Assembly (NCBI GenBank): GCA_045649925.1
Contig: JAZRQS010000022.1
Span: forward strand, 7,568-71,567
Reading direction: 5' to 3'
From: Eubacteriales bacterium
GTDB taxonomy: Bacteria; Bacillota; Clostridia; Oscillospirales; CAG-272
Length of the DNA stretch: 64,000 bases
The position numbers and the translations under genes are program-made. This document shows positions 7,986 through 17,270 of the stretch, in pieces; within the stretch, counting starts at the first letter, position 1; the number at the start of each line of letters is the position of its first letter. The notes below the pieces were generated by a model. It saw only the letters and a list, made by a program, of their open reading frames with translations, did no database searches and had not been told where the DNA came from.

Positions 7986-8387
7986 TTACTTTTCGCCAAG
8001 CAGCATTTTTTCAACTATCTTGACGGCGTCCTCGACACATCCGGGGCATGAGCGCAAGCCCTCCGTCTTGATGCGGTGACAAATGAGGCTCTGATTCTGA
8101 CGCTCAAACTCTGCCATCATCTCTGCCGCTACTCGATAGCTCTGCGCCTTTGCCGTCTCTGGCAGGGCGTCAACGCCTCGGCTCGTGAGAAGTCCTGCGA
8201 TGGCGACCATAGAGCTGACGGCTCCGCATATTCCCTGCGTGCCACCCATTCCTCCACCAAATGCCTCGCTGATACGGAAAAGCTCGTTTTCCTCTATTCC
8301 AACAACATCGTCAAAGGCGCAAAGCACTGCCTGTGCGCAATTGTAGCCCTGCGACTGTTTTTTTAATGCTTTTTCTGTTCTTGTCAT
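7986..8387 (-). CDS. C_GCAxxG_C_C family protein
   Basis: 133 aa with YNCAQAVL..., GICGAVSS..., and C-terminal CPGC spacing typical of the family. Confidence 0.75.
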   Translation of the reverse strand: MTRTEKALKKQSQGYNCAQAVLCAFDDVVGIEENELFRISEAFGGGMGGTQGICGAVSSMVAIAGLLTSRGVDALPETAKAQSYRVAAEMMAEFERQNQSLICHRIKTEGLRSCPGCVEDAVKIVEKMLLGEK

Positions 8388-8443
8388 TTTAAATCTCTTT
8401 CGTTGTGTAGTTTTGTAAATAATAGTTTGCTTTTTGCAGTCCT

Positions 8444-9334
8444 TTACTGGAGCTTAAGCTCCTCCATAATCTCCTCGCACTCAGTACAATTTTTCACATA
8501 TGTGAATATCTCTGCAAGTCTGTCAACAGAGAGCTTTACATAAGCCTCACCTATAGTCTCTGTGCAACCGATGGGAGCAAAGCCACCAAAAACATTTGGA
8601 TAATTAGCGAGCCAGGTAGCATACGAGGTTATTCCGTACTTGGGGGGAAAATTGAGCTTGTTTGCGCTTGTGCCGTCCTCGGCGTCAAACCTGTCGGGCG
8701 CAACGAGGTGGGGATGTGTACCATAAATAAGCGCCGTCTCCTTGAAGTCGGCGTGCCCTCCTCCTGTTCCCGTCTCGGCAAATCTCTCAAGAGTTTTCAT
8801 ATCCTCCTCTGTGAGCATGGAGAAATATTCAGGGTCTGCCTTTGCAGCCGCAAGCACATTTTCGGGCATGAGCTGCTTTGCAAAGTCGTACGCCTTGCAA
8901 TACATAGTCATATAGTTCTTTTTCTTATAGAACTGTGAGCGTGTAAAGAAGCCTGCAAGATTGGCATTTCCGCCGTGCGAGGTGCAGATAAGTATTTTTG
9001 TAAAGCCGTTTCTCGCTATCTCGTCGCAAAGCTCCTCGAGCACAGTCATAAGCGTGTTGGGGTTCATACCTATAAAGCCGTGCTTTTTGGTCTTTGATGG
9101 GTTTTCAAATATATGTGCGGAGGAAACATCGCCGAGCCACATGGTAGTCGGAAACATCATAACATCTGCTTTTTCAGATGCGAGCTCAACTATCTTATCG
9201 CCCTTGAGAGAATCGGTGCCTACGGGCAGGTGCTGACCATGCTTTTCAAGGCATCCGAGCGTCATAACGCAAAGTCCACCGGAGCGCTCAATCGCGCCCT
9301 CAAATTCTTCTTCTCTGAGATTTTCCCACTTCAT
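8444..9334 (-). CDS. creatininase-family amidohydrolase
   Basis: GCLEKHGQHLPVGTD motif. Start moved to ATG 9334 (MKWENL), 8 nt after AAGGGGA. Confidence 0.8.
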   Translation of the reverse strand: MKWENLREEEFEGAIERSGGLCVMTLGCLEKHGQHLPVGTDSLKGDKIVELASEKADVMMFPTTMWLGDVSSAHIFENPSKTKKHGFIGMNPNTLMTVLEELCDEIARNGFTKILICTSHGGNANLAGFFTRSQFYKKKNYMTMYCKAYDFAKQLMPENVLAAAKADPEYFSMLTEEDMKTLERFAETGTGGGHADFKETALIYGTHPHLVAPDRFDAEDGTSANKLNFPPKYGITSYATWLANYPNVFGGFAPIGCTETIGEAYVKLSVDRLAEIFTYVKNCTECEEIMEELKLQ

Positions 9335-9407
9335 AGTAAATTCCCCTTTACACAGCAAGTTATTATATTATTATTGTAAAAATAAAATCCAAACCAAAAT
9401 TGCGAAA

Positions 9408-10592
9408 TCAAAGGTCTTCCGCTATAATTCCCGCATATGAGCGAATGAAATCGCCATCAAGCATGAGCTTCTTTATCCCTCTCTGCAAAGTGGTCTTTTC
9501 GGAAAGCTCCTCGGCGGGACACTTTTCCCCCGGCCACACATAGCCGAAGCAGTTCTTACCGCTATCCATGATCGGATGCTTTGTAAATCGGGTAGTAAAG
9601 CTCGTGAGCTTGGCGTCAGGACCGAGAATTTCTGCAAGAGCAGGCTCCATAAGCCAAGAAAGGCATACCACACACTTGAAGTCGTGCTCAGGATATAATT
9701 TCCTCGCAATTTCAAGCCCCTCTCGCAAGCTCTCGCTTACGCTCGCAGGGTCGAGGTTTGTTTTTCTCGGAATGTGGAGGCTGACAACATCGTCACCCGG
9801 ACGAAGCACGACCTGCCACTCGCTCTTATCAAAGCTTGACAGCTCTGACTGAACGCGTCCGTTTACTGTCTTATGCCCCTTTATTATCTTGTCGTCCTCG
9901 TAGAAGTCGGCATCAAAGGCTCCGTCCTCGTCGGTAGCTCCTGCGCTTCCGAGGACAAGCCCGTTTTTGTGAAATCTGCCGGCGCTCATAACGATAACAC
10001 GCTCACCTGTCAAGCTTGACTTTATTACTATTGCGCTTGTCTGCCACACTGTGACCTGATAATTAAAGCCCTTGTGGTCGAATATCAGCGCCTTCGAGTA
10101 GTTTGCAAGCCAAGCAAACAAATTCTTGCTGAGTGCAGGCACGCCCTGGGTAATCTCGTGCACCCACATGTTTATCTTTATATTTTCGAGGTTTTTCCTT
10201 ATCTGCGCCTCATTAAAGCCTCTCGCCTCATATCTCGCAACGATTTCGGGGACCTCGCGGATAAGCACGAGTACAGGGAGCATATTTACCGCTCTTGAGC
10301 CGTCGGGCGTGGGGAAGGTCATCTTTTTGACATCAGCGAGCGATGCCTTACTGCAATAAGCATATGCGAGCCTTGCCCAAGTCAAGAGCTCCTTTTTTTC
10401 GCGTAGCTCCACAGCGCCTGCTATCACCTCGTCAAGATAGTCGCCAAGCAGGTCGTATTTTTCATTCAGCACTTTGATAAAGTCGACATCGCAGATAAGC
10501 TCGTCGCTCTCGTCAAGCGTTTTGTAAGCTTGTTCAAGTTCGTCAGGATAAGCAGCCACACCTATCGACTTCGCAAGCTCCTTTAATTCCAT
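9408..10592 (-). CDS. uncharacterised protein, acyltransferase-like (N-acyltransferase N-domain / GNAT-like C-domain architecture suspected)
   Basis: 394-aa ORF with good RBS (GAGGT). Family assignment is from memory of similar Clostridial proteins only, so function is uncertain. Confidence 0.5.
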   Translation of the reverse strand: MELKELAKSIGVAAYPDELEQAYKTLDESDELICDVDFIKVLNEKYDLLGDYLDEVIAGAVELREKKELLTWARLAYAYCSKASLADVKKMTFPTPDGSRAVNMLPVLVLIREVPEIVARYEARGFNEAQIRKNLENIKINMWVHEITQGVPALSKNLFAWLANYSKALIFDHKGFNYQVTVWQTSAIVIKSSLTGERVIVMSAGRFHKNGLVLGSAGATDEDGAFDADFYEDDKIIKGHKTVNGRVQSELSSFDKSEWQVVLRPGDDVVSLHIPRKTNLDPASVSESLREGLEIARKLYPEHDFKCVVCLSWLMEPALAEILGPDAKLTSFTTRFTKHPIMDSGKNCFGYVWPGEKCPAEELSEKTTLQRGIKKLMLDGDFIRSYAGIIAEDL

Positions 10593-10774
10593 ATCTATCT
10601 ACCTCACAAAATATAATAGCTATCATAGATACCATTCGAGTTTATCATATCACAAATATATTTTTTGTCAATGTTTTTGAGGGATTTTCTCGCGTAAAAA
10701 TACGATTTTTTTCGCCCCCTCCGACATTGATATTTTTTTATCTGATTTTTCTATAGAAAAAACACTGTAATGGC

Positions 10775-10803
10775 TTGATTTTAGCAAAAGTGAGTGGTAT
10801 AAT
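10775..10803 (+). promoter_or_regulatory. sigma70-like promoter
   Basis: TTGATT-17 nt-TATAAT upstream of 10842. Confidence 0.5.
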
Positions 10804-10841
10804 TTAATATGTACGAAATCAAATACTTTGCGAGGTGCGAT

Positions 10842-12719
10842 ATGAAAATTACAAAACAAAGCAATCTTTACATTATTGTCCCTGCCGATGCGACAACTCG
10901 TGAGAATTATGCCGCAGAGACGCTTTCGTCTTATCTTTCCAAGATATTCGGCGCTACCCCCGAAATAACTACTGAGGCAGACGAAAATGACCTTGCCTTT
11001 ATTATAGGTGGCCCTGAAAGAAATGCCGAGGCGGCAAAATACATAAGTGAAGATGAATTCCGCTCCGCCCTCACAGGCGAGGAGGGTATCTACATACGCG
11101 CCTATGGCGAGAACAGAATACTTATCGCAGGCTCCTCTTGGAATGTAAACGAGTGCGAGAGAGGAACTATCTACGGCGTTTTCGAGTTCCTTGAAAGATA
11201 CCTCGGCTGCTCACTCGCCGCATACTGTCACCCCGATGTCGATGCGGGCGAATATGTTACCACACTTGACGAAATCGAGCTTGACGATATCTTCTATGTC
11301 AAGGCTGGCTGTGACCGCCCCTACAGAACGGCGATAGTGCAGTACTCCAACTGGAGAGGAAATCCAGAGCGAGAGCTTAACATCCCCTTCTTTGATTGGC
11401 TTATCAAGAACAGATACAATCGTATTCTCACATGGGTAAGCGTGTATGAAAAACTCTTGGATATGGGACTTGTAGATGAGCTGGAGCGCAGAGGCATACG
11501 CCTCTCCGTCGGTCACCACGAGGCGACGCACCTGCTCCTTCCTGTAAAGGGAAATCAGCATTTCTCCGAGCACTACTACGAGACGCACCCCGAATTCTTC
11601 AAGCTCCTTGAGGACGGAAGCCGTTACTACAACGACACCTTTGCAGGACAGTGGGTATTCTGTAGCAGAAACGAGGAGGCTATACGCGAGGTAGCGAAGA
11701 ATGTCTGCACTTGGATAGACAAGAACCCTGCCGTTGACATTATCGCACTCTGGCCGAATGACCACAGAGACAAGCAGTGCCTGTGCGACAAGTGCAAGGC
11801 ATACTCAAAGGTCACAAACTATGTTTACTTTATAAACGAGGTAGTAAAGCTCGTAAAGGTGACACACCCCAACGTGCGCTTTGACCTGCTCGTTTACGGA
11901 GATTTGTGGGATTATCCCGAAGGAATGAAGCTCGACAGCTCTCTCATAGTGGACCAGTCCACTTGGGCGCACTTCGGCTTACGAACAATGGGCAAGCCTG
12001 ACGGCTCCTGCATTATCGGCACAGACTACGAAAAGAACATTCTCACATGGAAGGCGTCAGGCGCAGAGGCCGTCTTCTACGAGTATTATATGGGTAACTA
12101 CGGCATGCGCCAGCGCCTTATGCCTGCAGCAGACGAGATGCAGAGCATCTGGCGCAACTACAAGGAAAAGGGTATTCTCGGTTCAGGCACACAGATAGAG
12201 TGCTTCAACCTCTGGAATAATATTTTCAACTTCTACTGCTTCGCAAGAGTGGGATATGACACCGAGCTTTCGCTTGATGACTGCATTGCGAAATTTACGT
12301 GCATATTTGGCGAGGGCGCAGAGGAGATAGCAGACATCATCAGATACCTTGAAAGTGTCCTTGACGGACAGGTCAGAATAAAGGAATGTGGCCACTATCT
12401 TATGAACAATGTAGACAAGGAGCGTGTCTATGCCGCATATGAGCGTGCGTTCAGTCTTGCAAAAACTGCAAGAAGCAGAAACAATATCCGCATGCACAGA
12501 ATGACATTCCGTTATTCCGATGTTGAAACCGCAGAGCCTCTCTCCACTCGTGTGCGCACCTTCGACATAGTAGACGACTACGAGGACCCGACAGGCGAGC
12601 TTGCAAAGCTGCTGGAATTCGACAGCTACCATGTGAACAACCCCGGATTTGGTATCGACATCCCCTTGCGCAGCACAAAAACCTACGACAAGAGCGACAA
12701 GTGGTACGAGTTTGAATAA
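10842..12719 (+). CDS. DUF4838-like putative glycoside hydrolase (no signal peptide)
   Basis: 625 aa from ATG 10842 (GAGGTG RBS). The N-terminus MKITKQSNLYIIVP...AAETLSSYL resembles DUF4838/GH20-like proteins. Assignment is tentative. Confidence 0.55.
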   Translation: MKITKQSNLYIIVPADATTRENYAAETLSSYLSKIFGATPEITTEADENDLAFIIGGPERNAEAAKYISEDEFRSALTGEEGIYIRAYGENRILIAGSSWNVNECERGTIYGVFEFLERYLGCSLAAYCHPDVDAGEYVTTLDEIELDDIFYVKAGCDRPYRTAIVQYSNWRGNPERELNIPFFDWLIKNRYNRILTWVSVYEKLLDMGLVDELERRGIRLSVGHHEATHLLLPVKGNQHFSEHYYETHPEFFKLLEDGSRYYNDTFAGQWVFCSRNEEAIREVAKNVCTWIDKNPAVDIIALWPNDHRDKQCLCDKCKAYSKVTNYVYFINEVVKLVKVTHPNVRFDLLVYGDLWDYPEGMKLDSSLIVDQSTWAHFGLRTMGKPDGSCIIGTDYEKNILTWKASGAEAVFYEYYMGNYGMRQRLMPAADEMQSIWRNYKEKGILGSGTQIECFNLWNNIFNFYCFARVGYDTELSLDDCIAKFTCIFGEGAEEIADIIRYLESVLDGQVRIKECGHYLMNNVDKERVYAAYERAFSLAKTARSRNNIRMHRMTFRYSDVETAEPLSTRVRTFDIVDDYEDPTGELAKLLEFDSYHVNNPGFGIDIPLRSTKTYDKSDKWYEFE

Positions 12720-12762
12720 TAGCAAATTCTCACGCCACACAAGCAATTGATATACAAGTGAA

Positions 12763-12803
12763 GGCAGTCCAACGGAAAATCCCTTGGACTGCTTTTGTTT
12801 TTT
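12763..12803 (+). terminator. intrinsic terminator
   Basis: GGCAGTCCAA...TTGGACTGC stem followed by TTTTGTTTTTT. Confidence 0.7.
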
Positions 12804-12848
12804 GATGTTATGGTCGGTTTGTCCTATAAAAAAGAGCGATGTGCGTCC

Positions 12849-12878
12849 TTGACAACGCACAAGTGAAAATGTTATAAT
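12849..12878 (+). promoter_or_regulatory. sigma70-like promoter
   Basis: TTGACA-18 nt-TATAAT upstream of the NAT gene. Confidence 0.5.
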
Positions 12879-12923
12879 ATCCATATGAATATGTGAAAAT
12901 TCGCACCGAAAACGGAGTGTAAA

Positions 12924-13688
12924 ATGAATACGAAGGCATATCTCAACCGAATAGGACTGAACGAAAACGACATCGAATTGTCATACGAATTTCTCTCCTT
13001 GCTACAGTATGCGCATGTGACGAGCGTGCCGTATGAAAACCTCGACATAATAGACGGCATACCACTCTCGCTTGAAGTCGACGACATATTCGACAAGGTG
13101 GTCACAAGTGGGCGAGGGGGCTACTGCTTTGAGCTCAATTCTCTGTTTTCAGCATTGCTTTGCGAGCTTGGCTTCCACACGCGTAGCTTTTTTGCCAGAT
13201 TTTTGCGAGGTGAAAGCACTCTCCCCATACGCCGACACCGACTAATCGGCGCAGAATGTGAAGGAAAGCTCTACATATGCGATGTGGGAATGGGCCAAGG
13301 CGCTCCACGCCACCCGCTCCTTCTCTGCGAGGGCGTCGTGCAGGAGCAGTTTGGGGAAAGCTACAAGTTTGAGCGAGATGACCTCCACGGCTGGATACTC
13401 TACGACCTGCACGAAGGCGAGTGGAGAAAATTCTGCTCCTTCACCGAGGAGCTACAGACGGATGCGGACTTTGTTCCCACATCATTCTACTGTGAAAAGC
13501 ACCCTGCTTCCCCGTTTAACAAGACGGCAATGGTGGCGATAAAGACACCCGACGGCAGAAAGGCGATAAACGACCGCGATTTCAAGATTTTCTGCGGCAA
13601 CCAGCTCGTCTACATTGAAGAAGGCATAACAGACGAGCGCTTTTGCGAAATACTCAAAAGCGAGTTTGGAATAGATAGGAGAAAGTAA
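12924..13688 (+). CDS. arylamine N-acetyltransferase
   Basis: 254 aa. YLNRIG..., VPYENLD, GRGGYCFELN (catalytic Cys). Confidence 0.85.
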   Translation: MNTKAYLNRIGLNENDIELSYEFLSLLQYAHVTSVPYENLDIIDGIPLSLEVDDIFDKVVTSGRGGYCFELNSLFSALLCELGFHTRSFFARFLRGESTLPIRRHRLIGAECEGKLYICDVGMGQGAPRHPLLLCEGVVQEQFGESYKFERDDLHGWILYDLHEGEWRKFCSFTEELQTDADFVPTSFYCEKHPASPFNKTAMVAIKTPDGRKAINDRDFKIFCGNQLVYIEEGITDERFCEILKSEFGIDRRK

Positions 13689-13689
13689 T

Positions 13690-13940
13690 ATGCTGTCTTA
13701 CAGAAGCACTCAAAAACAAATAGAGGATAGCGGCACCGATATGGTAGTTATTCCACTTGGAAGTGTCGAGCAGCACGGCTCACATCTGCCGATATACACA
13801 AGCTATCACCGACAGGCGTCTGGGGCAAGCCCTCGCTCGCAAGCAAGGACAAGGGCGAGAGGATATTGAAATATCGCATTGACAGCTATATCAAGTTTAT
13901 CGAAAAGGCTCTGGAAATAGCGACAGAAAAGGCTTGGTAA
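13690..13940 (+). pseudogene. creatininase-family gene remnant (internal deletion plus frameshift)
   Basis: Frame 1 gives MLSYRSTQKQIEDSGTDMVVIPLGSVEQHGSHLPI... then a stop. A second frame gives ...GVWGKPSLASKDKGERILKYRIDSYIKFIEKALEIATEKAW*. Length is 251 nt, not divisible by 3. N- and C-terminal family motifs are joined and the middle is missing. Confidence 0.7.
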
Positions 13941-13967
13941 TCTCAAAAAATCAAAGGGACACAATAT

Positions 13968-15131
13968 ATGTCAAACAAATACAAGCAAATATCAGCTCTT
14001 TTTGAAGAGCAACCAGACGAGATAATAAAGGCGAGCTTCAGCTCCCCGAAAAATGCGGAATTTGTAAAGATAAGTTTACGTCCTATCACATTGAAGGGCA
14101 AGCGGGCGTGGCAGGCTGAGCGCTTTCGTGACAACAAGGTCTTTCACCTCAACATAGAAAACGAGGAGATAGGCAACTGGGTGGAAAGCACATCAGAAAG
14201 CTACGGACAGATATGCATATTTTTCGCAGGTGAAAGCGTGACTTTTTCCTCTTCGGGTGGCGCTTTACGGGTAAAGCGCTCCAAAAACGACCTGAAGCCC
14301 ACCAAGACAAGCGTGAGCAACAATCGTGAGAAGAACTACATCTTGCGCGAGGGCGAGGACATTCCTGCACTCGTCGAGCTCGGAATTTTTACAAAGGACT
14401 TCCGAGTAGTCAGCTCAAAGTATGACAAATACCGCCAGATAAACCGATTTATCGAGCTTATCGACAATGCATACTCCGACTACGAGGGAAAGGAGATAAC
14501 CATACTCGACTTCGGGTGTGGAAAGTCCTACCTCACGTTTATAGTGTATTACTACTTTGCAAAGATAAAGAATGTAAAGGCAAAAATTATAGGCTACGAC
14601 CTCAAAGCAGACGTGGTGGAAAGGTGCAACGAGATAGCGCATCGCTACGGCTACGACGGACTTTCGTTTGTGGTGAGTGATGTCTCATGCGACACTCTAT
14701 ACGACGAGAAGATAGATATGATAATCTCACTGCACGCCTGCGATACGGCGACAGACTATGCTCTATCATATGCTCTGCACAAAAATGTAAAAAATATTTT
14801 CTCTGTCCCCTGCTGTCAGCATGAAATCAATCTGTCTATCAAGCGAGGGGGAGAGCTTGACGTATTCCTCAAATACGGCATAGTAAAGGAGAGAATGTCG
14901 GCGCTTCTTACCGACACCATCCGCGCTATGATACTTGAGGACCTCGGCTACTCTGTCGATATGATAGAATTTGTGGACCTTGAGCAGTCGCCAAAAAATC
15001 TTATGATACGCGCGAAAAGGTGCCGTATCCCTCAAAGGAAAAACAAAGCGACTATACAGTCCCTGCAAAACAGCTACGGCTTTGAGCATACGCTATGGCG
15101 CTTGACACAGGACTTATACGAGGGCAAATAA
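13968..15131 (+). CDS. class I SAM-dependent methyltransferase with N-terminal extra domain
   Basis: 387 aa. Motif I ILDFGCGKSYLT, then DMIISLHACDTATD. Confidence 0.8.
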   Translation: MSNKYKQISALFEEQPDEIIKASFSSPKNAEFVKISLRPITLKGKRAWQAERFRDNKVFHLNIENEEIGNWVESTSESYGQICIFFAGESVTFSSSGGALRVKRSKNDLKPTKTSVSNNREKNYILREGEDIPALVELGIFTKDFRVVSSKYDKYRQINRFIELIDNAYSDYEGKEITILDFGCGKSYLTFIVYYYFAKIKNVKAKIIGYDLKADVVERCNEIAHRYGYDGLSFVVSDVSCDTLYDEKIDMIISLHACDTATDYALSYALHKNVKNIFSVPCCQHEINLSIKRGGELDVFLKYGIVKERMSALLTDTIRAMILEDLGYSVDMIEFVDLEQSPKNLMIRAKRCRIPQRKNKATIQSLQNSYGFEHTLWRLTQDLYEGK

Positions 15132-15204
15132 TTGCAAGCGAGGAAAAACCCCACCAAAAATCAAGCAAAATCACAACAGACACGCCGAAAAATGCCAAAA
15201 GCTA

Positions 15205-15233
15205 TTGACAAGCGTGTCTTTTTGTGTTATCAT
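15205..15233 (+). promoter_or_regulatory. sigma70-like promoter of the lysine operon
   Basis: TTGACA-17 nt-TATCAT with a TGT extension, just upstream of the L-box. Confidence 0.5.
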
Positions 15234-15245
15234 AAATCGAAATAG

Positions 15246-15424
15246 GAATAGAGGCGCGGTCGAAAAAGAGTAGCCGTGGCGTGTATCTCTCGCAATGAGC
15301 TGCCACGATGAAAGGGTTCACCGCCGAAGATGTGCGAGGCGTAAGCACATTCTGGTAACTCAGATAATATCTGTTTTACTGTCGTAGACGGCTGTCCGAG
15401 GCTGTCATAACGGAGTGCTATCAT
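15246..15424 (+). promoter_or_regulatory. lysine riboswitch (L-box) aptamer
   Basis: Conserved blocks AGAGGCGC, GAGTA, GATGAAAGGG, CACCGCCGAAG, CTGTC...GGAGTGCTATC in canonical order, upstream of dapA. Confidence 0.8.
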
Positions 15425-15484
15425 ATTACGGATCAAATAAACGGATTTTTGCGTTTTCGCAATTCCGAAAGTTCGATAATAGTG

Positions 15485-15516
15485 GTAGCCGATGTTAAAT
15501 CGGCTATTTTGTTTTT
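15485..15516 (+). terminator. riboswitch expression-platform terminator
   Basis: GTAGCCGAT GTTAA ATCGGCTAT followed by TTTGTTTTT. Confidence 0.7.
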
Positions 15517-15541
15517 CATAATAAATTTTAGGAGAAGAAAA

Positions 15542-16432
15542 ATGAAAAAACAAACAATCTTTACAGGTGCGGCAACTGCCATAATCACCCCCTTAAACGA
15601 ACAAGGAATAGACTACGATGCCTTTGGCCGTCTCATTGACTGGCAGATAGAACAGGGCATTGACGCGCTCGTAGTAGCAGGTACGACAGGCGAGGGCTCT
15701 TGCCTTACTGACGACGAGCATCGTGAGGTAATCCGTTACTCCGTACAGCGTGCCGCTGGCAGAGTGCCGATAATCGCAGGCACAGGCTCAAACGACACAG
15801 ACTATGCTATCCAGCTTACAAAATGCGCATGCGAGGTAGGCGCAGATGCGGCGCTTGTCGTAACGCCCTACTATAACAAGGCTACCCAGAAGGGACTTAT
15901 CAAGATGTACGAGCAGATCGCTGATGCGAGCACGATTCCGCTCATACTCTACAATGTTCCCTCCCGCACAGGCGTCAATATTGAGCCCGCTACCTTTGCC
16001 GCTCTTGCTGACCACCCTATGATAAGTGCGATAAAGGAAGCAAACGGCGACTTCTCCAAGATGGCAGAGACCATGTCGCTCGTAGGTGACAAGCTCGACC
16101 TCTATTCAGGAAACGACGACCAGATAATCCCTGCAATGTCACTCGGTGGCAAGGGTGTCATCTCGGTGCTCTCAAACCTTTTGCCCGCAGAAACAAGTGC
16201 TATGTGTAAATACTACCTTGAGGGCAAGGAGAAGGAGGCGACAGCCCTCCAGCTCAAGTATATCCCTCTCATAAAGGCGCTCTTTTCCGAGGTCAACCCC
16301 ATACCCGTCAAGGCGGCTATGGCGGCAATGGGCTACTGCGAGGACTACCTCCGTATGCCTCTTACCTCTATGGAGGACGACCACCGCGCCGTTCTTTTGC
16401 AGAGAATGAGAGAAGTAGGAATAAAATTCTGA
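15542..16432 (+). CDS. dapA: 4-hydroxy-tetrahydrodipicolinate synthase
   Basis: Start at ATG 15542 (GGAG RBS). MKKQTIFTGAATAIITPL..., VAGTTGE motif, full-length similarity pattern. Confidence 0.9.
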   Translation: MKKQTIFTGAATAIITPLNEQGIDYDAFGRLIDWQIEQGIDALVVAGTTGEGSCLTDDEHREVIRYSVQRAAGRVPIIAGTGSNDTDYAIQLTKCACEVGADAALVVTPYYNKATQKGLIKMYEQIADASTIPLILYNVPSRTGVNIEPATFAALADHPMISAIKEANGDFSKMAETMSLVGDKLDLYSGNDDQIIPAMSLGGKGVISVLSNLLPAETSAMCKYYLEGKEKEATALQLKYIPLIKALFSEVNPIPVKAAMAAMGYCEDYLRMPLTSMEDDHRAVLLQRMREVGIKF

Positions 16433-16468
16433 CACACATAAAGGTATAAAAGCAAAGGTATAAAAGCA

Positions 16469-17212
16469 ATGAAAATAATTATAAATGGTGCGCTCGGCAG
16501 AATGGGCGCACAGCTGTGCAAGCTGGCAGACGAGGGCTACAAGGGCACCGAGGCTGTCGCTTACGTAGACGTAAATGCGCGTACAAACGAGGAAGAAAAG
16601 CTCTATAGCTCCCTCTCCGAGTTTTCGGGCGAGTGCGACTGCATTATAGACTTCTCGCACCACTCGGCAACCGATGCTATCTTTGACTACGCCATTCCGA
16701 GAAAGCTCCCCGTGCTTATCGCAACCACAGGTCACACGCAGGACGAGCTTGATAGAATAAAGGAAGCGTCAAAGCACATACCCGTTTTCCACAGTGGAAA
16801 TATGTCGGTGGGAATTGCGCTACTCGTCAAGCTGGCTCGTGAGGCGGCGCTTGCCTTCCCCGATGCCGACATTGAAATAATAGAAAAGCATCACAACCGT
16901 AAGCTCGATGTACCGAGTGGTACTGCGCTTATGCTCGCTGATGCCGTCGCATCTGCACGTGAGGACAGCCGTCTCGTAGTCGGCAGACACGAAAACGGAA
17001 AGCGCGACGCTCGTGATATAGGCGTGCACTCCATCAGAATGGGAAATATCGTCGGTGAGCACGAGGTTATAATCGGCACCGACACACAGATAATCACTCT
17101 CAAGCACGAGGCGCAGAGCCGAGCTCTCTTTGCAGAGGGTGCGATAAGCGCAGCGCTCTACCTGTGCGAGCAGGAAGCCGGTCTGTATAATATGCAGACA
17201 ATGCTGAAATAA
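16469..17212 (+). CDS. dapB: 4-hydroxy-tetrahydrodipicolinate reductase
   Basis: 247 aa. EIIEKHHNRKLDVPSGTAL signature. Confidence 0.9.
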   Translation: MKIIINGALGRMGAQLCKLADEGYKGTEAVAYVDVNARTNEEEKLYSSLSEFSGECDCIIDFSHHSATDAIFDYAIPRKLPVLIATTGHTQDELDRIKEASKHIPVFHSGNMSVGIALLVKLAREAALAFPDADIEIIEKHHNRKLDVPSGTALMLADAVASAREDSRLVVGRHENGKRDARDIGVHSIRMGNIVGEHEVIIGTDTQIITLKHEAQSRALFAEGAISAALYLCEQEAGLYNMQTMLK

Positions 17213-17270
17213 TTAACGAATGAAAGCCAATAGCGTGGCTATGACAAGGCTTTAAACAAAGGAAATCAAA

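Noticed and set aside
12183-12884. Long antisense ORFs inside confidently called genes (also 16172-16735, 17535-18374, 34690-35319, 40678-41433, 47413-48018, 56563-57216, 60618-61433)
   Set aside because: They lie fully opposite genes with clear family motifs, give low-complexity or odd compositions, and lack RBSs. This is the typical mirror-frame effect of codon bias.
6913-15131. Genomic island integrated at tRNA-Leu
   Set aside because: No integrase, recombinase, transposase or phage genes are present. The only att-like duplication lies 222 nt apart on the 3' side of the tRNA. The accessory-looking genes lie on the 5' side, where tRNA-targeting integrases do not normally leave islands.
16440-16467. 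14-nt tandem duplication AAGGTATAAAAGCA x2 between dapA and dapB
   Set aside because: It is a tiny duplication of the RBS region with no further structure, most likely a neutral slippage event.
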